DNA of 63,545 bases, the filler included, from Octopus bimaculoides (lineage: Eukaryota): NCBI RefSeq assembly GCF_001194135.2. It is 8 parts of 8 records of this genome, joined end to end, with 100 filler letters (N's around TTAATTAATTAA, not from the genome) between each part and the next. Parts side by side here need not be neighbours in the genome. Positions count along the whole stretch, not along the records: positions 22,534 to 42,014 come from NC_069004.1; positions 42,115 to 48,032 come from NW_026367835.1; positions 48,133 to 58,161 come from NC_068983.1; 5 more parts are not named here. One strand, written 5' to 3'. This document shows, piece after piece, positions 36,712-48,225 of this stretch. The notes under the pieces were generated by a model. It was not told where the DNA came from, searched no databases, and saw only the letters and a list, made by a program, of their open reading frames with translations. How positions within the stretch are numbered: position 1 is the stretch's first letter; every line of letters begins with the position of its first letter. The translations under genes were made by a program, and so were the position numbers.

Positions 36712-39343
36712 ATTTTCCTCAGACATTTTCTCCTTCGATTTTGGTTCAGTTCTTTCATAGCAGTACTAGCAATCCTTTCCTTTTCTTCGGCGGTCATTCC
36801 ATAAGTGTCACTTTCGTTTAAAATCTCAGATGATTGTTGTTCACTCTTGCATATTTCTTCGTCAGGTTCACGAAGTTCTTTGTCGCAGAACGAGACGTTT
36901 GTTGAAGAAAATGCCGGAAACAATGTACTCATTGGTTCGTTGATGCTTGATTTTCCTTCTGTTCCCTCAGATAACGTCCTATTTTTTCTCAATGATGATC
37001 GGCGTTTTATCGTCTTAGTCAACATTGAATCGTCTTTGAGTTTCAATGACAGTGCTTCTTCTGTTTTAGCTTGTTCTTCTGTTTCATGGAATGATAATTT
37101 TTGCGAAGATATTTTTCGAATACCCTCAGTAAGATCGGTTCCAGTTGAACGCGATTTTACAGGTGAGGATTTGGTTGACAGAATGAAATCACTCAGTTCC
37201 AAACCTGCCATGTTCCAAGCCGTAGGAGATGTAGGACTTAAATTACTAGTGATATATCCATAACTCCCGTCAGACCTAGCGCTTTGAGAACGTTGAAGCA
37301 CTATTGTCTGGATACCTCTTGACTTTGTATCCTTACATTTGTCTACTTCTACAGATAAAAGTTTTGGTGAAGGACTGTCTTTTACTGTCTCTAAAACAAT
37401 AATAGATCCTAATAATCCGATTATACTGGAAGATTTCGGAATATTTTCTTTAAAGTTATCCGTTTGACAGGATTCTTCCCTTGATTCTTTTTTTTCTTTG
37501 ATCTTCGGGAAAATTAAGGTAGTTTGGGTACAAATAGACGTGTTGAAGACCTTATCATGTTCAAAATGGGGAGTGGAGATCTCATCCTCTTCAAAACCTG
37601 AATAGCGTGTGAATTCTCTGTAAGTCTTTTGCATTTCGAAGTCAATATCAAAATCTTCTAAGCCGTCATCTATATTGGACCAATGAATCCTATTTTGTAG
37701 CACCCCTTCATATAGAGGTATCAAACTGTCTTGTACTTCACATAAAAGTTGATAAAGCGGAAAACAAATAGCATCGATGAATGCGATTTGCATTCTCGGA
37801 AGTTTGTATCGATTTTCTCGATCCATAAGAGCTGGAACTTCCTGCTGTAAACCTTTTTCTTCGTCTCCCTGCTCGTAGAATTCAGCTGCAACCTTAACTG
37901 CAATTGACTTTTGAATTTCCCATGGCTTTGTGATACCTGAAAGATCAGATGCTGTCATTAAAATGCTCATTAATAATTCGACACTTTCTTGGGTGTCAAA
38001 TACTTTGTTTCCGCTTTCGAGTTTTTCCTTTAAAACTTCACGTTTTGTAAAATAACCTTGCAAGTCTGTGGCCAGAATGGCTTTCTCGATAACTTTAAGA
38101 CCGTACTTGTAATTCGTATCTGGGAGATTCTGAAATAAATTGGTTTCGGTAGTGTTTAATATCATTAAAGTTCTATCTATGTGATGGTGTTCCAAGACAG
38201 ATGAACTGTACAGTATAGCAAAAGGCGATGAGGTCTTCTCTTGAAATGCATTATTTTTACCTCTATGGTCAAGATCATGAACTAGAGCTGCAATTAATAA
38301 GCAAATCTGCTCTAATTCTGTGAAATATAATTGCATGTGACCAGTAGTCAATATACTAAACATCGCCTGCATAACATTAACAGCATGACCCCAATTATGG
38401 TAAACGTTCAGACGATAATTCTTCCTTGCGGTTAAAATAAACCTGTATAAAATATCAATTGGTAAATCTAATACGATTAACACATTTTTTTCAAGTAACA
38501 TCCGAACACACAAATGAACAGTTTCATCCGCTGTAAATGCAGATTCATCGAAGGCATAGGAATATATATTGTACTCTTCAGATGATCGTGGCACTACTTT
38601 TAAGAAAGGTTCAATAAGTTTTCGGTCGCATGTAGTATGATATGCAAGTAACTCGTTCAAGGCTTCTCGCTGTGTTAACACCCTAACAGAACGTTCATAT
38701 AAGCGACAATTATGAATACTAATTCCACAAATCAATGAAAACGTCTCCATTAGATTGATGTNNNNNNNNNNNNNNNNNNNNNNNNNNNNNNNNNNNNNNN
38801 NNNNNNNNNNNNNNNNNNNNNNNNNNNNNNNNNNNNNNNNNNNNNNNNNNNNNNNNNNNNNNNNNNNNNNNNNNNNNNNNNNNNNNNNNNNNNNNNNNNN
38901 NNNNNNNNNNNNNNNNNNNNNNNNNNNNNNNNNNNNNNNNNNNNNNNNNNNNNNNNNNNNNNNNNNNNNNNNNTCAATTGGTGTTATATATTGCGGATCT
39001 AACGGAACTTCCTCCACTTCTTCTTCATCTTTTAATAACTGGAAAACTGTAGACGATTTCGTCGGAGAGGCCGCATCCACTCTGTTTTCTGTCAAATAAA
39101 CACAAATCNNNNNNNNNNNNNNNNNNNNNNNNNNNNNNNNNNNNNNNNNNNNNNNNNNNNNNNNNNNNNNNNNNNNNNNNNNNNNNNNNNNNNNNNNNNN
39201 NNNNNNNNNNNNNNNNNNNNNNNNNNNNNNNNNNNNNNNNNAACTGATGGCGTTTAAATTCCACTTGTGATATTTCTAACAACCGTTCATTGATTATACT
39301 GATTCCGCAAAACGACAAAAAGTTCAGAAATATATTTTCATCA
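36712..39343 (-). CDS. PDE-B: PDE5/PDE6/PDE11-family phosphodiesterase paralog, partial (N- and C-termini in gaps, two internal gaps)
   Basis: Minus-strand segments: 39242-39343 encodes DENIFLNFLSFCGISIINERLLEISQVEFKRHQ (end of GAF-A); 38974-39108 is the start of GAF-B; 36712-38761 is continuous with YHNWGH, HDLDHRGKNN, LEHHHI, ILATDL, TASDLS, KPWEIQ, AEFYEQGD, LPRMQIAFID and a tail to NRRRKCLRK at the gap. No introns in the sequenced parts. Confidence 0.92.
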
Positions 39344-39444
39344 NNNNNNNNNNNNNNNNNNNNNNNNNNNNNNNNNNNNNNNNNNNNNNNNNNNNNNNNN
39401 NNNNNNNNNNNNNNNNNNNNNNNNNNNNNNNNNNNNNNNNNNNG

Positions 39445-41718
39445 ATTTGTGTTTATTTGACAGAAAACAGAGTGGATGCGGCCTCTCCGACGATATCATC
39501 TACAGTTTTCCAGTTATTAAAAGATGAAGAAGAAGTGGAAGAAGTTCCGTTAGATCCGCAATATATAACACCAATTGACAAAAATTTAAAAAGTATCAAT
39601 ATAATCGATATAATTCGATTACAAAGTGAATCAAAAGACATGTCAATCACTGTTGAAGGTGATGTTGGCAGTTGGTTACTGTGTATGACAATAACAAATG
39701 CTATAAGTAAGGTAGTCGGTTGCATAATATTTGTGAGACATTCCAAAGATGTTTTCGACCAAAGTGACATCAATCTAATGGAGACGTTTGCATTGATTTG
39801 TGGAATTAGTATTTATAATTGTCGCTTACATGAACGTTCTGTTAGGATGTTGGCACAGCTAGAAGTAATGAACGATGTACTGGCATTTCATACTACATGC
39901 GACCGAAAACTTATTGAACCTTTCTTAAAAATAGAGCCACGATCTTCTGCAGAGTACAATTTATATTCCCATGCCTTCATTGAATCTGTATTTACAGATG
40001 ATGAAATTGTTCATTTGTGTGCTCGTGTGTTTCTTGAGAAAAATGCTTTGACCGTATTAAATTTACCGATTGATATTTTATACAGGTTTATTTTAACAGC
40101 AAAGAAGAATTATCGTCCAATTATTTTCCATAATTGGCGCCACAGTGTAATGGTATTTCAAATGATGTTTTATATTTTGACAAGTTCACGAATACAATTT
40201 TATTTCACAGAATTTGAACAGATTTGTTTCCTCATTGCTTCTTTATTGCATGATCTTGATCACAGAGGGACAAATAATGAGTTTCAAGTGAAGACATCAT
40301 CTCCGCTCACTACATTATACGACACGTCTGTCTTGGAACACCATCATATAGATAGAGCTATCAGGATGCTAAACACTGCCGAAACCAATATATTCCAGAA
40401 TCTCTCGGCTAAAAATTATCAGCATGGTCTTAAATTTATCGAGAAAGCGATTCTTGCCACAGATGTAAAAGATTATGATGCAGTAATTAATAGTTTTAGA
40501 GAGATAATCAAAGAGGGAGACAAAGCTTTTGAGTGTCAAGAAAACATTGATTTACTAATAAGCGTTATAATGGCAGCCTGTGATCTTTCAGCTGTTACAA
40601 AGCCATGGCCGTTTGAAAGGAATGCTGCAGTTAAGATTGCAGCCGAATTGTTCGAGCAGGGGGATAAAGAAAAAACTTTACATCAAGATATCGAAGATCT
40701 CATGGATCGAGAAAAAAGATACAAATTTCCTGAAATAGAAGTGGAGTATTTTGATTCTCTATGTGCTCCGCTTTATCAAGTTTTATCTGAAATGGATTCT
40801 AATCTGACTCCTCTGTATGAAGGGGCGTTGAACAATCGAAATCACTGGGCAGATATAGTTGAAGGTGTCAAGTTTTTTGACATTGATTCCGAAATTGAGG
40901 TTATTTATAATGAAGAACTGAGTTGGAAAGAAGCAAAAGATCACAGAATTGCAACACCTAAAATATCACCAGGCATTCAGTCTGAAAATGCTGCGTTAGG
41001 AATGGCAACATCGTCTACTCAGACTACTTTTGTTCTCGCTGAGTTAAATGAAGCAAGTCTACGACAACGTCAGAAGATATCTCAAACGGACGATGATTTA
41101 ACTTCAACGTCTCATTTCGAATCTCGTGCTTTAACGAACGCCATGAATAGTTTTTATACTGAAAAACTTCTCGCAGTAACGATAAAGCCAATGGGTAAAA
41201 GAATCCGAAAAATTAATATAGGGACGCAAGTGAAATTTTCAAATGGTTATAGTGAGACCTCTGGCCACTCTGCATTTCCTAGTAGAAGCACGTCCTTTGA
41301 ACCATCCAAAGCATTTTCAGATTCACGGATAAAAACAAAGACATCCGCTACAAGCATGTATCTCGATGGAGCAGAAGCAGCGATGAGTGATGAGTCTGCT
41401 CAAGAATTACTGAAGTTAGCTACTTCTTCGATGGACTTAAGTAGCTGGGCAGCTTCTAAGATAACATTAGAAACGTCTGAACAAAAGCTGAAAACTTTGA
41501 CACCTATGATCTCTAAACATACGGTAGACAATGTGGAAAAATATGCAATGAGTGCAGAAGAAAGGGAAAAAATTTCTAGTATTGCAATGAAAGAACTCAA
41601 TCAAAGTCGAAGAAGAAAATGTTTAAGGAAAATTCCACTGTGTAAACCAATTGCTACAAGCATGAAAACCAAAAGGCCGGACGATTTTATGAAAAAGTAT
41701 GTGTGTACGATTTCATAA
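39445..41718 (+). CDS. PDE-C: PDE5/PDE6/PDE11-family phosphodiesterase paralog, 5'-partial, altered purine pocket, C-terminal CaaX (CTIS)
   Basis: The frame is open from the gap edge (ICVYLTENRVD...), so the TTG start in the ORF track is not the real start. Degenerate GAF-B; FHNWRH, HDLDHRGTNN, LEHHHI, ILATDV, AACDLS; tail ending KKYVCTIS*; AATAAA at 41783-41788. Confidence 0.93.
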   Translation: MCVYLTENRVDAASPTISSTVFQLLKDEEEVEEVPLDPQYITPIDKNLKSINIIDIIRLQSESKDMSITVEGDVGSWLLCMTITNAISKVVGCIIFVRHSKDVFDQSDINLMETFALICGISIYNCRLHERSVRMLAQLEVMNDVLAFHTTCDRKLIEPFLKIEPRSSAEYNLYSHAFIESVFTDDEIVHLCARVFLEKNALTVLNLPIDILYRFILTAKKNYRPIIFHNWRHSVMVFQMMFYILTSSRIQFYFTEFEQICFLIASLLHDLDHRGTNNEFQVKTSSPLTTLYDTSVLEHHHIDRAIRMLNTAETNIFQNLSAKNYQHGLKFIEKAILATDVKDYDAVINSFREIIKEGDKAFECQENIDLLISVIMAACDLSAVTKPWPFERNAAVKIAAELFEQGDKEKTLHQDIEDLMDREKRYKFPEIEVEYFDSLCAPLYQVLSEMDSNLTPLYEGALNNRNHWADIVEGVKFFDIDSEIEVIYNEELSWKEAKDHRIATPKISPGIQSENAALGMATSSTQTTFVLAELNEASLRQRQKISQTDDDLTSTSHFESRALTNAMNSFYTEKLLAVTIKPMGKRIRKINIGTQVKFSNGYSETSGHSAFPSRSTSFEPSKAFSDSRIKTKTSATSMYLDGAEAAMSDESAQELLKLATSSMDLSSWAASKITLETSEQKLKTLTPMISKHTVDNVEKYAMSAEEREKISSIAMKELNQSRRRKCLRKIPLCKPIATSMKTKRPDDFMKKYVCTIS

Positions 41719-41970
41719 TTAATTATTGAGAAACAAACTTTTTGTATTAGCCTAAACAACTGCAAACCAACAAGCAAACGTAAATAAACAATGATATGTA
41801 CGTGAATATATGTATACTTATTTGTGATTATATGTATATATGTATGTATATAATTAGTTAGTTATCCGTAAGTCACACTCAATATTACCAAGTGCAATAG
41901 CCAGCGCGAAACCAACGGTGACATTCTGTCCTGTTATATACCATAACAAGTAATATACTACTCGACAACG

Positions 41971-42002
<32 letters not shown>

Positions 42003-42114
42003 AGTATATATATANNNNNNNNNNNNNNNNNNNNNNNNNNNNNNNNNNNNNNNNNNNNTTAATTAATTAANNNNNNNNNNNNNNNNNNNNNNNNNNNNNN
42101 NNNNNNNNNNNNNN

Positions 42115-42145
<31 letters not shown>

Positions 42146-42610
42146 TGTGTGTGTACACATAACCAGAAAGACAAAACGGAGATGGCGAGCGAGCAAAAGA
42201 GAGTGACTGAGTGAGTGATACAGAAAGCGAAAGAAAGAGATTTGGTTATTAACAATAACAATATTTCTATTTATTCAAGATGGCGACAGCACCCTACTTT
42301 ATTCAGCTGTGTGGGGCTTTAATACCCTTTAATACAACCACACCCCTGCAGTACCCCGATACCCCGAAACACCGCCAACCTAGGATGATTACCTAATCCC
42401 CACTCAAATCACTTAAACTTTTGTAGGGCTGGGAAAGGTCAAAGAGTTTTCTTATTCTTAACGATATAACACACACACATACATGGACTCTCATGTATGG
42501 AGACATGTTTAGGTTCGTACGCATGCGCACGGGTACTCTTTCACATACGCACACATATACGTACATATGTGCGTATCTATAGATATATATGTATATATGT
42601 ATATGCATAT

Positions 42611-42641
<31 letters not shown>

Positions 42642-42644
42642 TAC

Positions 42645-42684
<40 letters not shown>

Positions 42685-42823
42685 GTATATATAGTAGATA
42701 TTATACACATGTATATAAGTATGTGTGTGTTTAAGTGTTTTGTTTGTATTTATGTATATATATATATATATATATACATATATATACACACATATATATA
42801 TATAAAAATATATATATATAAAT

Positions 42824-42854
<31 letters not shown>

Positions 42855-44258
42855 NNNNNNNNNNNNNNNNNNNNNNNNNNNNNNNNNNNNNNNNNNNNNN
42901 NNNNNNNNNNNNNNNNNNNNNNNNNNNNNNNNNNNNNNNNNNNNNNNNNNNNNNNNNNNNNNNNNNNNNNNNNNNNNNNNNNNNNNNNNNNNNNNNNNNN
43001 NNNNNNNNNNNNNNNNNNNNNNNNNNNNNNNNNNNNNNNNNNNNNNNNNNNNNNNNNNNNNNNNNNNNNNNNNNNNNNNNNNNNNNNNNNNNNNNNNNNN
43101 NNNNNNNNNNNNNNNNNNNNNNNNNNNNNNNNNNNNNNNNNNNNNNNNNNNNNNNNNNNNNNNNNNNNNNNNNNNNNNNNNNNNNNNNNNNNNNNNNNNN
43201 NNNNNNNNNNNNNNNNNNNNNNNNNNNNNNNNNNNNNNNNNNNNNATATATATATATGATATATATATATATCATATATATATATATATGTATGTATGTA
43301 TGTATGTATATATTCTTTTATTCTTTTATACGTTTTAGCAATGCAGAGGCATATTTTAATTCCAATTCTGAATCGCCGACCCCTTCCCAACCTTTATATG
43401 TCGACACATCACGTCAGAGAATGTCAACGAAGTGCACAAATCTATCAGAGAATGGATTTTGAGAACAATTGCCGCAATGGAACAAGAATGCATCTTAATA
43501 ATCCAGTAGAACACAAACGTGGCCTTGGCAGCAAATATAGTCGTGTGGCTAGGAGGTTCCCTTCGCTTTCGCATGTTTTCGCGTTCGATTCCACTTCGCG
43601 GTATTTTGTGCGTGTATTTTTTTATTTTTTTATTTTTCCATATTCTTAGTCCAACCATCTTTGAGTGTGAAATTGGTTAGGCACAGATTCTGTGTGGAAT
43701 TCTGTCAGACGGTCTGTACATGTACCTAGAATTCGTAACAAGCTATTCTCCTGTCTAGGTCAGTAATACAATGTGGGGCTCCTATTTCCCAGCCCTACAA
43801 AATGCACCCTTTCTTTTAGCCCAACAATAGATGCCTCCCTATTTCTCAACCTACAACGAGCAGTCCTTTTCCCAGTGCTACAATATACGCCCTCTATTTT
43901 TAACCCTACAAAATCATATGATTGAGAAAAGTCTGGATGTGGAAATAAAGTGTAGCAAATTGGCCCAAACGGAACACAAGAGGAGGTATGGTAACGTAGC
44001 CAAGTGTGTTTATTGGAGATTGTGACAAAAGTACGTTGACTTTGCCTGTCATCCTTTCCGGGTCGATAAATTAAGACAGAGTGACAGATAGCCAGCCAGA
44101 CAGACAGACAGACAAGCAGACAGACAGACAGATAGAAAAAAACTAGCCACTTTTTAGCCAAGAAAACAATACACTGAAATAAGAAGACGAGGAAGTCTCT
44201 GGGATTTACATATGTTTGTATTTATGTATTGTACGAGAGAGAATGCGTGCGGTGTACG

Positions 44259-44299
<41 letters not shown>

Positions 44300-44623
44300 A
44301 TGTGTGTCTGTGTGTGTGTGTGTATGTATATATATATGTATGCATGTGTGTATGTGTGTATGGGGGAGTGAGGGGTGCAGTAGACTGTCTGTGTTTATGA
44401 AAATATGCGTAATATACATGGGCTANNNNNNNNNNNNNNNNNNNNNNNNNNNNNNNNNNNNNNNNNNNNNNNNNNNNNNNNNNNNNNNNNNNNNNNNNNN
44501 NNNNNNNNNNNNNNNNNNNNNNNNNNNNNNNNCTACAAATATATATATATATACATATCATAGACAAATATATACATTCATATGATATACGCATTTATAT
44601 ATATGTTGTACATATATATATAA

Positions 44624-44658
<35 letters not shown>

Positions 44659-44760
44659 CATACGAATATATACAATGGAATATATATATGTATGTATACA
44701 TACACACATACATATAAATATCTAGACAAGTATATAGTAGAAATGTTTATGTCCGTTTGA

Positions 44761-44806
<46 letters not shown>

Positions 44807-45264
44807 NNNNNNNNNNGTGTGTGTATACCCATTTGTATTTCTACCCATTTATATACATGCATTTATTAGCGTTTGTGTGTATGTTTGTATATATATATAT
44901 ATATATACGCATATGCATATATTTGTATGTATGTATGTATGTATGTATGGCTTGATGTCGCACGCTGGAGTCTCGTGTAACCGTGAACATCCGGTATTAC
45001 ATTGCATTTTTGTGTTATTTTAGTTCTCTCACATCCTGTGGTGATGATCCATATGTTGTTACGAGGGGTTGCAGGTTGGTTGTGGGGTTTGGAGGAAAAG
45101 AATATTATTTATGCGGCTGTAATATATATTAATTGCCACCCTAACAACTACACGTAATTTTTCGAATATTTTTTCTCTTCCCCAAAGTACTTTTTTCTGC
45201 AAACATTTACTCAAAATTTAAGTGAAACGTTTATTACGATTTTTCCCCCTTTCATAGGCGCACG

Positions 45265-45405
45265 CAAGGTTTTAATCACGTGGTTTTTGGTTCAGTGTCA
45301 CTTTGCAACACTTTGAGCAATTCTTTTCTACTATAGCTCCAAGCCGGCCAATGGGTTGTAGGTAAACTTTGGTGGACAGAAGCTGGGAAGCTGTGTTGCA
45401 CCCCA
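45265..45405 (+). mobile_element. SINE family A head, old
   Basis: Degenerate match to the tRNA head and CORE-like block. Confidence 0.5.
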
Positions 45406-45443
45406 TTATGTGTGTGTGTGCATATGTTGTGCGTGTGTGTATT

Positions 45444-45496
<53 letters not shown>

Positions 45497-46370
45497 AAAG
45501 TTTTAAATTTAAATTTAAGACAGAGATTTGACGCTAATATCCATTATTATTGTAATTACAATAATAATGGNNNNNNNNNNNNNNNNNNNNNNNNNNNNNN
45601 NNNNNNNNNNNNNNNNNNNNNNNNNNNNNNNNNNNNNNNNNNNNNNNNNNNNNNNNNNNNNNNNNNNNNNNNNNNNNNNNNNNNNNNNNNNNNNNNNNNN
45701 NNNNNNNNNNNNNNNNNNNNNNNNNNNNNNNNNNNNNNNNNNNNNNNNNNNNNNNNNNNNNNNNNNNNNNNNNNNNNNNNNNNNNNNNNNNNNNNNNNNN
45801 NNNNNNNNNNNNNNNNNNNNNNNNNNNNNNNNNNNNNNNNNNNNNNNNNNNNNNNNNNNNNNNNNNNNNNNNNNNNNNNNNNNNNNNNNNNNNNNNNNNN
45901 NNNNNNNNNNNNNNNNNNNNNNNNNNNNNNNNNNNNNNNNNNNNNNNNNNNNNNNNNNNNNNNNNNNNNNNNNNNNNNNNNNNNNNNNNNNNNNNNNNNN
46001 NNNNNNNNNNNNNNNNNNNNNNNNNNNNNNNNNNNNNNNNNNNNNNNNNNNNNNNNNNNNNNNNNNNNNNNNNNNNNNNNNATCAACTCTGCTTGCAACG
46101 CCAATTTACGCAAAATTTCGAAGTGAAAATTTACGTAATGTTTGCGGTTTTTAGACAATAGAATGGTACCTCATTATTAGACTGGCATCAAAGACTGGCG
46201 CGGGGGAGGAGAGGTGCAGGAGATAACAAATGGTTCTCTGTTAAACTGGAATTAAAAAGTCATCGTCATCATCGTCATCGTCTTCGTCGTCATCAACATC
46301 ATCATCATCATCATCGTCGTCGTCGTCGTCAACGTCATTAACATCATTATCATTTATAAACGTTATCATT

Positions 46371-46402
<32 letters not shown>

Positions 46403-47214
46403 TAGCAGCAGCAGCAGCACGAATAGAGAAAGTTTGTTTCTAAAGATCACCCGACGTTTCCCGAACAAGTGAAGCAAATGAGCTGAGTTTTGAAATAGTG
46501 ACCAAACTAGGTCGAACGCTGCTACAGTTCTACCAAACATGGCTAACTAAATATCTTTCACTGAAAGGAAGCTAAATGAATCAACTGTTCAGCAGAAAAA
46601 TCTCCCGAAACAGTTCTGTTTAATATTTCAATAAAGCAGACGACATTGTTCCTTATTAAGATGGTGGTCTTATTTTCTCCCTCTTTCAGCATTATCTGAG
46701 ATGGAATAACTTCGGCTTCTTTCTATGTCATCCTCTCTTTCTTCTCTCTCGTTCTCTCTCTTTTTCATATATACATATATATATAAATATTTTGAAATAA
46801 GGGGAATATTAAGGTAGAGAAAGAAAGANNNNNNNNNNNNNNNNNNNNNNNNNNNNNNNNNNNNNNNNNNNNNNNNNNNNNNNNNNNNNNNNNNNNNNNN
46901 NNNNNNNNNNNNNNNNNNNNNNNNNNNNNNNNNNNNNNNNNNNNNNNNNNNNNNNNNNNNNNNNNNNNNNNNNNNNNNNNNNNNNNNNNNNNNNNNNNNN
47001 NNNNNNNNNNNNNNNNNNNNNNNNNNNNNNNNNNNNNNNNNNNNNNNNNNNNNNNNNNNNNNNNNNNNNNNNNNNNNNNNNNNNNNNNNNNNNNNNNNNN
47101 NNNNNNNNNNNNNNNNNNNNNNNNNNNNNNNNNNNNNNNNNNNNNNNNNNNNNNNNNNNNNNNNNNNNNNNNNNNNNNNNNNNNNNNNNNNNNNNNNNNN
47201 NNNNNNNNNNNNNN

Positions 47215-47260
<46 letters not shown>

Positions 47261-47302
47261 GATGTATACGTATGTATATATATATGTGTGTGTGTATGTA
47301 TG

Positions 47303-47333
<31 letters not shown>

Positions 47334-47462
47334 GTATTAATGTATATATAAATGTGTGTGTGTATATACATATATATATAAATATTTTGAAATAAGGGGA
47401 ATATTAAGGTAGAGAAAGAAAGAAAGAAAGAAAGAGAAAGAAAGAAAGTGAGTACATTAGAT

Positions 47463-47520
<58 letters not shown>

Positions 47521-48169
47521 GTAGATCGATACATACATACACAAATACACATAAAAAATACTGTGAAATTCTCAGTGGATCGTTGGTTTCATACAACTCG
47601 CGGTCGAAGATCTCCATGTATGCAAGTTTTAACAAAATATATGTCAAGGACGTTGAAAAACCTTTTAACTCTTCCCCTGCATATAACTTAATTAAAAAGT
47701 TTTGGCAAACGTGTGTTTGTAACGGTTTTTGTGGTTTACACGATATGTAAGAAATATTCGTTCTCGAAACATCATTTAGGAATTAACTTAATCGACTTAT
47801 ACAAAGACTATTTCGCTCTCGATATTTTACAAGTGCTTTGTCTATATCGACCACGGACAGATGAAAGTCGAAGGTGACGTCGGTTGGATTTGAACTAGGA
47901 ACGTAAAGAGACACTAGTTGTTGCGAAGTAGTGTGTCTAACTCTTTGGCAACGATAATAACGGTAAGAATAAGGAAGGGAGCGGTGGTGGGAGAAGAAGA
48001 AGAAGAAGAAGAAGAAGAAGAAGAAGAAGAAGNNNNNNNNNNNNNNNNNNNNNNNNNNNNNNNNNNNNNNNNNNNNTTAATTAATTAANNNNNNNNNNNN
48101 NNNNNNNNNNNNNNNNNNNNNNNNNNNNNNNNGTGTATGTATGTATGTATGTATGTATGTATCTGTCTG

Positions 48170-48225
<56 letters not shown>

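Noticed and set aside
39457-39459. TTG starts for PDE-C (39457) and PDE-B (39095)
   Set aside because: Both frames stay open to the gap edge and align to mid-protein (start of GAF-B) of PDE-A.
43339-43462. Possible terminal exon (NAEAYFNSNSESPTPSQPLYVDTS...)
   Set aside because: Only an acceptor-like motif and a short frame; no recognisable homology.
46780-47430. Direct duplications flanking gaps (46780-46828 versus 47378-47430; also 32170-32246 versus 32400-32470)
   Set aside because: Typical unmerged contig overlap, or adjacent young SINE copies.
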